This document shows, piece by piece, positions 52,075 to 63,168 of a DNA stretch of 64,000 nt (its first letter is position 1; the number at the start of each line of letters is the position of its first letter). A program made the position numbers and the translations under genes. The notes below the pieces were generated by a model. The model ran no database searches. It saw only the letters and a list, made by a program, of their open reading frames with translations, and was not told where the DNA came from. The stretch is from Heteronotia binoei (taxonomy: Eukaryota), in NCBI RefSeq assembly GCF_032191835.1, contig NC_083227.1, positions 55,428,001 to 55,492,000 on the forward strand, read 5' to 3'.

Positions 52075-52449
52075 CTGGCCTGATCCAACAGGGCTTCTCT
52101 TATGTTCTTATGTGACACAGTGTGTTGGACTGGATGGGCCACTGGCCTGATCCAACAGGGCTTCTCTTATGTTCTTATGTGACACAGAGTGTTGGACTGG
52201 ATGGGCCACTGGCCTGATCCAACAGGACTTCTCTTATGTTCTTATGTGACAATACTGACTTTGGTGGACCCAAGCACTGATTCAGTGTAAGGGAGCTTTG
52301 TGTTTGTGACTGGAGTGGACAATACTGACTTTGGTGGACCCAAGCACTGATTCAGTGTAAGGGAGCTTTGTGTTTGTGACTGGAGTGGACAATACTGACT
52401 TTGGTGGACCCAAGCACTGATTCAGTGTAAGGGAGCTTTGTGTTTGTGT
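52075..52449 (+). repeat. Two adjacent tandem arrays: 67-bp CR1 3'-tail unit (~2.6 copies) and 70-bp CR1-tail-SINE unit (~2.9 copies)
   Basis: CTGGCCTGATCCAACA starts at 52075, 52142, 52209; AATACTGACTTTGGTGGACC at 52251, 52321, 52391. Confidence 0.9.
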
Positions 52450-52458
52450 CTTCTGGTG

Positions 52459-53365
52459 CAATTTTGTTCTCAGATCCTGTATTTACTTCATCAGTATATG
52501 GGATAAGGCACTTTCTCAACTGTGCTGCATAATGCAGCCTATTTATTTTGTCCTGTTTGCTCTGTTGGCTCTATCTGCGCCACCTTCATCACTTTCGGGG
52601 TGTGGATCCCCCAGTGGGGTGGTCTCGTGACTCCCTCCGCCGGCTGTTTCTGATAGCCCTGCGCCCCCTCTTTCATTTGATATGTGTCCCGTGCGGATGC
52701 CACCCTCCCGCCAGGAGATGCCGCAAAATGAGCCCCCTTGAGGCTTATGGCGGCAGGACTCGGGGGAAGCAAGCTAGACTGCTGTTCTTTTGAGGGGTCA
52801 TAGAGTGTTTTGAGCCCGTCCCTGTGGCATCGGTCCCATCGTTGTGGGGCCCAGGGGGCCAGCGCAGCGGCACGCTGAAGCAGCCTGTCGGTCACTTCCG
52901 GGTTCCTGTCCTGCATCTCGACCTGTGTTATTAGTGACAGGCTGCTTCGGCGTGCCGCTGCGCCGGCCCCCTGGGTCCCACAACGATGGGACCGATGCCA
53001 CAGGGACGGGCTCGAAACACTCTATAACCCCTCAAAAGAACAGCAGTCTAGCTCGCTTCCCCCGAGCCCTGCCGCCATAAGCCTCAAGGGGGCTCATTTT
53101 GCGGCATCTCCTGGCGGGAGGGTGGCACCCGCACGGGACACATATCAAATGAAAGAGGGGCGCAGGGCTATCAGAAACAGCCGGCGGAGGGAGTCGGGAG
53201 ACCACCCCACTGGGGGATCCACACCCCGAAAGTGATGAAGGTGGCGCAGATAGAGCCAACAGAGCAAACAGGACAAAATAAATAGGCTGCATTATGCAGC
53301 ACAGTTGAGAAAGTGCCTTATCCCATATACTGATGAAGTATATACAGGATTTGAGAACAAAATTG
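52459..53365. repeat. 907-bp near-perfect inverted repeat
   Basis: Arms 52459-52889 and 52936-53365 are reverse complements with scattered mismatches; 46-nt spacer. Confidence 0.95.
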
Positions 53366-53399
53366 TTTCCGGCGGTGATATTTGGGGGATTTTTGGGGA

Positions 53400-53605
53400 C
53401 GTCACAGGAAGTGCTGTGAAGTCACTTCCTGTTTCCGGCAGTGGCATTTGGGGGAAATGATGTCATTTGGGGGAAGTGATGTCACAGGAAGTGATGTCAC
53501 TTCCCGTTTCCGGCAGGTGACGCGGGGAAATGATGTCACAGGAAGTGGTGTCACTTCCTGTTTCCGGCGGTGGCATGACGTCACCGGAAGTGACGTCACG
53601 TCCTG
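53400..53605. promoter_or_regulatory. Cluster of GGAAGT (ETS-like) and TGATGTCA/TGACGTCA (CRE-like) motifs in the transposon subterminus
   Basis: At least five GGAAGTG and three reverse ACTTCC; composite CCGGAAGTGACGTCA at 53584-53598. Function untested. Confidence 0.35.
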
Positions 53606-55136
53606 TTTCCGGCGGCGCACGTGCTTTGCGCGCGCGCACCCCTACCTTCCCCCCAAAAAAGGTGTCCCTGGCTGGCCTTCAGACATTATGGTCACCCTAG
53701 TGTACAATTCTGGTCACCACACCTCAAAAAGGATAGCATTGGAAAAAATCCAGAAAAAGGCAACTAGAATGATTAAAGGTTTGGAACACTTTCCCTGTGA
53801 AGAAAGATTAAAACGCTTGGGGCTCTTTAGCTTGGAGAAACGTCGACTGCAGGGTGACATGACAGAGGTTTACAAGATTATGCATGGGATGGAGAAAGTA
53901 CAGAAAGAAGTACTTTTCTCCCTTTCTCACAATACAAGAACTCGTGGGCATTCAATGAAATTGCTGAGCAGTCGGGTTAGGACGGATACAAGGAAGTACA
54001 TCTTCACCCAAAGGGTGATTAACATGTGGAATTCACTTCCACAGGAGGTGGTGGCAACTACAAGCATAGACAGCTTCAAGAGGGGATTGGATAAAAATAT
54101 GGAGCAGAGGTCCATCAGTGGTTATTAGCCACAGAATATTATTGGAACTGTCTGGGGCAATGATACTCTGTATTCTTGGTGCTTGAGGGGGGGGGCAAAG
54201 TGGAAGGGCTCTATATTCACTTGTGAACCTCCTGATGGCACTTGGGGGGTTTTGGCCACTGTGTGACACAGCGTGTTGGACTGGATGGGCAATTGGCCTT
54301 ATCCAACATGGCTTCTCTTATGTTCTTATAAATGGCCAGGACTGGAGTGATACAGTCTGTACAACCCACTTAGGTCAACTTCCTGGCTGTACACTTTTCA
54401 AGGGCAGCTCCTTGTACACTGCACTACGGTAATGTGCTTCAAGGCTGGGGCTACACACCCCCTCCCAAGAAAGCATTAACTACCTCTCTGATTCAGTCAG
54501 TCACGCTACCCCTGGCAGATTTAAGTAGCCAGGAAGGGCAAGGATTATACTAGCAGGTAGTAGGCCTCAAACTGGCAAGGATCCTGCCCGTATCCTCAGA
54601 CTGAATAAACTGAAAAATATCCCAAACATCTACATAAGTCAGAAACCTGGCAACAGCTGATCTAGTCACTGCTACTGATGAGTTTAAGCTGGAATAGACA
54701 TAAGTTGGACACTTGAGCAGTCCACTTCCTCCTGCAGGTCAGAACCCAACAGACCTCTGGCCACTGGTTCTGCTGACCTACACTGACGAGCAGCAACTGC
54801 CCACCCTCCCGCTAACTGGTTCAGAGGCTGCTCCCTGCTTCCAGGCAGTCCCTTAGGATGGACGAATGGGCTCAAAGTTACCCAGCAAACTTCATGACTG
54901 AGTGGGGATTCAAACCTGGTTCTCCCTGGTTCTAGTTCACCATGAATCACATTGTATTAGCTCTTACCATGTGTACATTACATTTGCTTGCACTACAAAG
55001 TTGTTTTGAAAAGGACTGAAATAGTGTGCATTAAATGCCCCTTAGTATTAAAAAAATGTGCCTGAGACTGTGAACCAGCTAACACTAATCATGTTTAAAT
55101 TCCAATGGTTTCAACACAGAGATCTGAAGTGCTTAC

Positions 55137-55214
55137 CTTTGTCAAGTTTGTTCCCTGAGAATTCACCATAAGTGGCCATCTATGAGTTCTGGACAGCAGC
55201 TGCAGGGGTGACAG
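55137..55214 (-). other. Candidate 78-nt exon
   Basis: CTATCTTTCTAG acceptor; AAG|GTAAGC donor; contains ATG GCC (MATYGEFSGNKLDK) and an open frame LSPLQLLSRTHRWPLMVNSQGTNLTK. Confidence 0.35.
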
Positions 55215-55846
55215 CTAGAAAGATAGCCCCTGTGCCATTACCCAAATAGGCAATCTCCTAATTAGTTGAGGGAATTAGCAAAGGAGACAGAGCATGAGGT
55301 GGGCAACTGGGATTCTCTACCTATATATACAAGGATTTTTCCCTTTAAGGGAACTCTCAAATAAACTAGGCAGATTGGAAAGCTTTTTTTATTAAAAAGA
55401 AAATTAAAATGGACAAAAAAAATATGAATACACACACATTGAAACACATACAAAAGCTGACTAAGGCAGCGAAGAAAGAGGAAAGCTTTTTAGGGAAGGG
55501 TAATAATTTCCAATCTTGGAAAGGTCTGTGGAAGCAGCAGATCTAGAGAGAAATCAGCCAGCATTTTGTTCTGTGAAGGAGAGAAAAGAAGCCCACAAAG
55601 TGGGGGTGTATGTGGTCACATAACCCACACCCTTCTGGGGCAGTAGGGTGGTCCAGTTATAGGCAAAACATATCCTTAGGCGGGGATGATACATTTGCCT
55701 GAAAACAATTACGTAATGAGGTATGAAAGGCACGATGGTATGAAAAGGTATGAAAGGCTTGATGGCTCCACAAGTACCCAGAAGGGAAGGACTGGAAAAG
55801 GTGAAAAGATTTAAGCATTCATTAACAGCTACTTAATCAAGGAGTA

Positions 55847-56155
55847 GCGGCCCCGTGGCACAGAGTGGTAAAACAGCAGTACTGCAGTACTTTGGTATGA
55901 ACTCTCTGCTCACGACCTGAGTTCGATTCCGGCGGAAGCTAGATTCAGGTAGCTGGCCCAAGGCTGAGTCAGCCTTCCATCCTTCCGAGGTCGGTAAAAT
56001 GAGTACCCAGCTTGCTGGGGGGAAAGTGTAAAAGACTGGGGAAGGCAATGGCAAACCACCCTGTAAAAAGTCTGCCGTGAAAACGTTGTGAAAGCAACGT
56101 CACCCCAGATTCAGAAACGACTGGTGCTTGCCCAGGGGACCTTTCTTTTCCTTTC
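55847..56155 (+). mobile_element. Sauria-type SINE
   Basis: Family match to 24.0 and 34.6 kb copies. Confidence 0.87.
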
Positions 56156-59100
56156 CAATCAAGGAGTAATGGGTGAGAGGAAGGGAGGCTGGGGTGCTGA
56201 TGGGGTTATGCTGAGTGAATCAACAGGTCCTGGGTGACCTGTTGTTCTAAAGTCATGCATCTCTCCAGGGCAAGGAAGGGATACTAGCCAGCCATCCACT
56301 TTTGATTTGAGTTTTAGCATTGTTTTCCCAGGCTGATGCCTAGCTTGATCTTGGTCCATTTTGACCCCATCAGTCTCCTGCACTTATGAATTTTGGGTGA
56401 TACTTTAAGAAGGATGTTTATAGCTACTCTAGCTATAAACTGCCCCTCTGTGTGAGGAGGGGTCTGACTGCTAACAATAAAGTTGCTTTAGACAGTGTGT
56501 GTTAAATCTTTTCAAGTTGAAGTTTATTCATTTTACAAACAGTAACGAGGATGTGCCAGCAATGAAGTGTCTTAGGTCTATTTAATCCCAGAGTGTATAC
56601 AATCTTGGAAAGCAGCTTTCCAGGTTGTCCCCTCTCTTCCCTCTGAGACTCAAAACTTTTCAAGATCTCAAATTCTAGACATTAATCATGAAATAAAGGC
56701 TGCAGGCCACTTGGCAGTAACTGATACAATAATACAATGGAACTCCTGCTGGGCATTCATCACCTAGTTATGAGATTAGGTACAGAGTTAATACACACAG
56801 TACAGGAAAGGGAAAACAAAAAGGATAAAGAACGCTGGAACTCTAATATTCCTGCAGATAAGATCAGAAATCTTCCAACAGGAAACTATAATCATAAGCA
56901 TGCTGTAACACCACAGGGTGCCTTCTGATGCTTTAAATCAGATTAAGGTACAAATACAAGAATCAGTCAAGTTCTTTAAAAATACATTTAACAACAGTCT
57001 TCCCAATGGGCAGTAGCAAAAAGGATGAACGGTTAGGTCATTTTAAAACCTATCTTTTCCATGTTTAACCTGAAGTAAGTCCCACTTTGTTCAATTGAAC
57101 TTTTTGTTCAACTGAACTTTTTATTTAAACACCTCACTCACGGGAATCCCATAAACTTTTCAAGGGAAGAGATGGTTTGCCACTACCTGCCTCTGCATTA
57201 GCAATCCTGGTATTCTTTAGAGGTCTCCCAAATACTAACCAGGGCTGACCTTGCTTAGCTTCTGAGATCTGACATTAGGTTGATCGTATTCTATTAATGC
57301 TGGCTTCAATCTGATATTATTATGTTTTGATCTGTACAGATTTTTTAAGATTCCTTGATTCTCCACTAAAAAAATATATGGTGACAGAATATTTAAAATA
57401 TATTATAATTATTCCCAGTCTTACAGACTGCCCTTTACTAGACCGAGCATCTGCCCGTCTCTTTTCAATGACAAGCGGTCAACACTATCAAGCAAGATAG
57501 GGGAAGAAGCAGATGCAAGAGAAGGCTGTTGATGGGAGCTTTTACTCATTAAATTGTCTTGGAGACCTCCACGGACTTCAAGCAGGTGTCTGTGCAGGCA
57601 AAGGTGTTCAACTGTTTGATGCTAACTTAGGACCTAAAGCTGGTTTTCCCAAGGATAAGGAAGTAGGGCAACATTTGTTCTGTTGTCTAAAAATATTTGA
57701 TGAGCATCTCAGGTTTTCCTATCACATCCTGTAGAGATACATCTACTAAATTTGTCTGTAACAAATTCCAGAGAGTTCTTGCATTTTTTAAGGATGCTGG
57801 AATGTCACATATGCAATTGCAACCATCAAGGGGAGGTCTATTTGGGAATACAGTACCACTTGCTACAAAGTACCAGCAACACATGAACTAATGAAGCTGC
57901 TGTAAGAGAGCATCAGCCTATCAAGGTCAATTTTGTCAACACTAACTGGTTCTCCATGAGCTCAGGCAATAAAGTTGCCAACTAGCCTGGGGAAAATGTC
58001 CTGTTCCTTTAGCAGAGCCTTACTGAGATGTTATTTACCAGGTAATAATTGTTTACCTTCATACCATTAAAAGCTTCAACCGCTCACTTCCATACATTAA
58101 GTCTCTATTAAAAGGAGAGGACTCCCCCAGGCCAATCAACAACCCTAGGTAGAGATTTTCCACATAAATTCCTATGTGATCCTTTTAACTGGGGATGTCA
58201 GGGACTGAACTAGAGAGAAAATTTTGAGTTTGGCATTTTCCCAGACCTGCCACCTTTCTACACAGGTTTTCTGTGCTGGGTACAAAGTGAACATATTTTG
58301 CTATGAAGTTTTGGGAAAGATCACAGCAAAGCCTGGATGGCTGCTGCAATGTGGGTGAGAAAATCCAGATTTTTCCAGCCCTTTTCCCTTCCCCAGTCAC
58401 AGCAGCAACCATTCTCCTCTCTCTCTCACACACACGCACCCCACTGGAAGGATTTTTTAAAGGTTTATTTTTCAAATTGGAATTTGACATATCAATATAC
58501 CAATAAAATAGTATATTACTATGTCAATGATCAGTTTTAAAAAATCCTTTAAATTCACACAAACACACACACCCAATTGTGAGGAAAGGAGAAATGGCCA
58601 CCTCAGGGACTGGAGGAACAAAAATCCAGAGGACTGGGACATTCTTAACAGCCCTCAAAGATAAGAAGGTATAAATTAACATCTCATCTCTCACTGAATA
58701 TTTAGTGTATCCCACATGAGGCATAATAAGGATCTGAAGAATCTTGTCTATTAACAAGAACAAGAAGGAATCTCGTCTACTAACAAGATGATCTTGCTAA
58801 AATTGCAGTCTAAGGCAGAAAATCAGAATTCAATCTATTTCCCAAAGGCCAGCACTACTTCAGTATAGGAGTTCAAAACTGATCTAGTACGCAGCTTGCC
58901 AACTCAAGATTTAAAATGGAACAAAAACATTCTCTCATAATATATTTTTAAAACATGGCCATTTCCAAGCAAGGCATTAAAGATACTTTGTATTACTGGT
59001 ATTGCACTTAATTCTTTGCTATTATTACTGGAGAAATTCTTCTACTTCCAGAGTTCACAAGAGACTTTACAACCAGGTTTTCTCAAATGGCATCCTGACT

Positions 59101-59899
59101 ATGTTTGACAACAAATACAATTATTGAAGAGGAAAAATACAGAATGTCTTTGATCTAGATACAGCTAAACAAGATATATTTGCCTCTCATGGGGTTATCG
59201 TGAAGGAGTACTAAAAACAGCATTGCAATTATTTACTCACACACTGCATTGCAGCCTGAGCAAACTAGGGCAAAAAGGTCTGTAGTTCAGATATGCTGTA
59301 TGAGAATGAATTCCTAACTATGATCTCCAGTATCTCTGGTTTGGGGATTCTCTGGTATAATGCTGAAAGTAGATTGTGCAGCTGGCCAAAATTCCCACAG
59401 CAATCCTCTCCTTCTTGTGATTAATGCAGCTCCTGGTTCAGATTTTACAATTACTCAGTTAGCAGGGCTAGGCAAGTCCTCAGAGAACTGAATTCAGAAT
59501 ACAGTAACCCCATCCAGCTGGCAATTCTGAGCTACAGCAGAAATTCTCAAACTTTGCCACAGAAGTCTTGACAAACAGAAAATAGCATCTTGCAGCCTAT
59601 CAGAACACTGCTAAGGCAAAATAACTGAAGTGGTAACACATTTTAGTCCAGACAAAACCCAATATACCACTAGTAAAGGTACATCAGATAACAAGTCAGA
59701 TTAATAGATGGGGGCCCTATGCTGAAATCACAGCATCCCCTTAACTACCAAATCCATAATGGTGAAAAATAGAAGGGGGAACTTTTCTGGCAGTGTCATT
59801 CAACTCGCTGAACTCACGCCAAAGAGAAAGTCAACCTACCAGGGCAATTGCTCTCCAGAAGAAAAAACTTCGTAATGGAACAGGATAGTTTCCTATAAG

Positions 59900-60851
59900 G
59901 GTCAAGAAGCAACTGTCAGAATGGGATATGGATCAACTGATTGGTTTAGAATAGGAAAGGGGGTTTGACAAGGATGTATATTGTCACCTTGCTTATTTAA
60001 TTTATATACAGAGTACATCATGTGGAATACTGGCCTGGATGAAGCAGAAGCCAGAATTAAGATTGCCGGGAAAAACATCAACAACCTCAGATATGCAGAT
60101 GACACCACTCTAATGGTGTCTTGTTGAGGGTGAAAGAGGAGAGCACAAAAGTAGGCTTGAAACGCAACATCAAAAAACCTAAGATCATGGCCTTCAGCCC
60201 CATCACACCTTGGCAAATAGAAGGGGAAGACATGGAAGTAGTGACAGACTTCACATTTCTGGGATCCAAGATCACTGCAGATGTAGCCATGAAATTAAAA
60301 GATGTTTGCTCCCTGGTAGGAGCTATGGCAAACCTAGGCAGTATAATAAAAAAGAGAGACATCACCCTGCCAACAATAGTCAAAGCTATGGTATTCCCAT
60401 TAGCAATGTATGGCTGTGAGAGTTGGACCATAAGGAAGGCTGAGTGCAGAAGAACAGATGCTATTGAGCAAGAACAGATGCTATTGAGCAGTGATGTTTG
60501 AGAAAAAACTTGAGTCCCTTGGACTGCAAGAAGATCAAATCAGTCAGTCCTAAGGGAAATCAACTGACTGTTCCCTGAAAGGCCAGATGCTGAAGCTGAA
60601 GCTCAAATACTTAGGCCACCAAATGAGAAGGGAGCACTCACCGGAGAATACCCTGATGCTGGGAAAGATAGAAGGCAAAAGAAGAGGAGGACAGCAAAAG
60701 ATGAGATGGCTGGACAGCATTACTGATGTAACTAACATAAATTTGAGCAGACTTCGGAGGATGGTAGAAGACAGGAGGGCCTGGCGTGACTTTGTCCATG
60801 GGGTCACAAAGAGTCGAACTCGACTGCGTGACTGAACAACAACAACAACAA
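59900..60851 (+). mobile_element. RTE/BovB LINE 3' fragment
   Basis: INNLRYADDTTLM, IEGEDMEVVTDFTFLGSKIT, MYGCESWTIRKAE, LKLKLKYLGHQMRRE; (CAA)n tail. Confidence 0.93.
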
Positions 60852-60974
60852 AAAAGTTTCCTATGGGCAAGGAGTAAACCTAGGATAAAAACTGAAGCCA
60901 CCCACTTTTAATTAACACCATTTTTAACCATGTTTGTGTTTTTAAGTGTCTGGGAGGTTTTACTGTCACTGTAC

Positions 60975-61850
60975 ATACTTTTTTTAAAAAAATAAATAAA
61001 TCAAAAGTTTATTTCAACACCAAAAATAATTTACAAAGCGGTATAACTCTAACATTTCGCATACAGAAAGATTTGTCTTCCACATAAACAATATTGTCCT
61101 CTAAGATATAACCTATCCCCAAATTACCCAAATGGGGTAGAACGTGGTGTCAAACCATAATTGAACATCCATCTTAACGACATTTTTTCTTTATAAATGG
61201 TAACACTAACATTCCTTTTTACCTTTAATTGTCTTTTACCTTGCACCTTTTTTTTAACCAACTATAAAACTTTTCCCATTTTTTAATTGCTTCAACTTTG
61301 GGGATCCCTTTTAACATGTTCGATAAAATATCCATCTCTGCGGCTTGCAGTGTTTTATCTACCACCTCCTCTAATTCAGGAGTTTCTTTTTGTTTCCAAC
61401 GCCTGGCATAAACAATTCTAGCTGCTGTTAAAACATATATTGTCACATATTCATCCTCCTGTGGGACTTCCTTCCTTACTAAGGACAATAACATAATTGC
61501 GGGTTTAAACTGCCAGTTTATATTTAACATCGCTTTCAGCATCTCATAAACTTTAACCCAAAATTTCTTTGCCCATTTGCAAGTCCACCATAGGTGGAAG
61601 AATGAACCAATCTTTGTCCCGCATTTCCAACAGTTTGGGTACCTTAATCTTATTTAATTGAACAGGGGTAATGTGCCATCTATGAAATAACTTAAAAAAA
61701 ATTTCTCTAAAATTATACGGCTTAATAATTTTATAATTCAATTTCCAAAAGCGAGACCATGTTTCCAAATCAATATTTTCCGTCAAGTTCTTGGACCACT
61801 TCAGCATCACATCTTTAACAACTTCATCCTCCAATTTCATCTGCATTATA
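60975..61850 (-). mobile_element. L1-clade LINE 3' fragment (ORF2 C-terminus, 3' UTR, A-tail)
   Basis: FKLFHRWHITP, CWKCGTKIGSFFHLWWTC (CCHC knuckle after a frameshift), LTAARIVYARRWK; T-run at ~60978-60984. Confidence 0.88.
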
Positions 61851-62059
61851 TAATTATAAGTTTTCTTAATAACTTTTGATGATATTGTGATTGAACTTAT
61901 CTTGTTGATATTTTAATATTATATACAGCTTTCCATAGATTCTGAAGAAAAACAATTTTAAAATATAAATAAATAAACTACATTTTCTCTTCTGCTAATC
62001 ATCATCATCATATTATTATTGCCAATTCTAGGAAGAAAGACAACGGGCCCTAGAAAAAT

Positions 62060-62480
62060 ACTGGGGGGAGGGGGGGGGTGATGAATATGTAGGTGGCAGG
62101 AAGGAAGGAAAATAGACAAACAGAATGAAAAAAAATGAAGGAGAGAGAGAAAGAATGAGAGAAAGAACAGTAGGAAAAAGATGGGGAGAAAGGAGTGCGA
62201 GAAAGAAAAATTAAAGGAAGGCAGGTAGACAAAATGAAATTAAAAAACAGAGATACAGAGAAAGAATGAGAGAAAGAACAGAAGGGAAAGGTAAAAAAGG
62301 GAGGAGAAAGGAGTGAAAGAAAGAAAAATGAGAAGGAAGATAGAATGAAAGAAAAAGACGCAGAGAGCAGAGAAAGAATGAGAGGGAGGGAGGAAGGGAC
62401 AGTTATGGAAAAGCTGGGCATAAAGGAGTGAAAGAAAGGAAAATGAAAAGGAAGGAAAAATGACAAGAAGACAGACAGGC
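62060..62480 (+). repeat. Purine-rich (GA/GAA) low-complexity tract
   Basis: ~400 nt almost entirely A/G on the plus strand. Confidence 0.85.
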
Positions 62481-62696
62481 AGGCAGCCATCAGAAGCCTC
62501 CCTTTCACCCCCCCCTCCCACTGGTAGGCGGGGGGGGGTGAAAGGGAGCCTTCCTATGACTCCTCACCTTTTAAAGCTGACAAGCAGATATGCTCCACTG
62601 GTAGCTATAAGAGGTAGGGAACAACTGCAAGCCTCTCTTTCGCTCCCTCCTGCTTGCAGGCAACAGGAAAGCAAAAGTGAGTCCTTTCCATCTCAT

Positions 62697-62888
62697 AGGG
62701 CCATAGGACAGAGTGGACTCTATTGTATCTTATGGGCCCATAAGACAGAATGGATCCATTCTATGCTATCAGCCCACAGGATAGAATGGACTGCATTGTA
62801 TTTTATGAGCCCACAGGACAGAATGGTCCACTCCATCCTATGGACTCACAGGATACAATGGAGTCCATTCTGTCCAATGGGCTCATAG
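62697..62888. repeat. Diverged ~37-bp minisatellite with palindromic units
   Basis: About five units resembling CCCATAGGACAGAATGGAnTCCATTCTGTCCTATGGG; one more half-unit after the SINE at ~63170. Confidence 0.75.
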
Positions 62889-62892
62889 TAAA

Positions 62893-63168
62893 GAGAGCCA
62901 TTGGTGTAGTGCTTAAGTGTTCAGACCCTTATCTGGGAGAACCGGGTTTGATTTCCCCACTCCTCCACTTGCAGCTGCTGGAATGGCCTTCGGTTAGCCA
63001 TAGTTCTCGCAAGAGTTGTCCTTGAAAGGGCAGCTTCTGTGAGAGCTCTCTCAGCCCCACTTACCTCACAGGGTGTCAGTTGTGGGGAAAGAATTTAAAG
63101 GAGATTGTAAGCCGCTCCGAGACTCTGATTCAGAGAGAAGGGCGGTGTATAAATCTGCAGACTTCTTC
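62893..63168 (+). mobile_element. tRNA-head SINE (Squam3-like, more diverged subfamily)
   Basis: GAGAGCCATTGGTGTAGTG head, GGTTTGATTTCCCC, AGGGCGGTGTATAAAT tail. Confidence 0.82.

Larger units (their letters stand above)
50606..53699. mobile_element. hAT-Blackjack-like composite non-autonomous transposon (~3.1 kb, spans an N gap)
   Basis: TIRs TAGGGTGGCCA / TGGTCACCCTA; GTCCCGG subterminal repeats; 8-bp TSD GTGTACAA (50303-50310 and 53700-53707, the left copy displaced by a later SINE). Confidence 0.78.
48520..54330 (+). mobile_element. CR1 LINE (RT domain to 3' end) with internal duplication and nested insertions
   Basis: NYRPVSLTS, QHGFCKGRSCLTNL, VYLDFQKAFDKVPH, VPQGSVL, KFANDTKL; resumes at 53700 (VQFWSPHLK..., NTRTRGHSMKL, WNSLPQEVV) and ends CTTATGTTCTTAT at ~54330. 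Confidence 0.93.

Noticed and set aside
50584-52142. Long overlapping ORFs (290, 482, 241, 393, 179 aa) on both strands
   Set aside because: They arise from a stop-poor GC minisatellite plus N runs; the peptides are repetitive, with no domain.
52075-52449. Regular short repeats as a CRISPR-like array
   Set aside because: Units are contiguous with no unique spacers, match retroposon tails, and the DNA is vertebrate with no cas genes.
53330-53365. Hammerhead in the palindrome arm (CTGATGA...)
   Set aside because: No stem II followed by GAAA; only GAGAAC follows.
54331-54657. LTR-like fragment (AATAAA, ends GGCAACA); similar hint at ~55260-55829 on minus
   Set aside because: No matching TG start or TSD could be identified.
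55137-55214. RWPLMVNSQG resembling the dynein heavy chain RWPLMIDPQG motif
   Set aside because: Only a short match; the flanking residues and the other candidate exons show no dynein similarity.
57513-57900. Possible decayed L1/Tx1 ORF2 C-terminus on minus; similar antisense-like ORFs at 5554-5874 and 33999-34349
   Set aside because: Resemblance too weak to call without a profile search.
62050-62521. 152- and 93-aa F/S/L-rich ORFs resembling membrane proteins
   Set aside because: Translation of the pyrimidine strand of a GA low-complexity tract.
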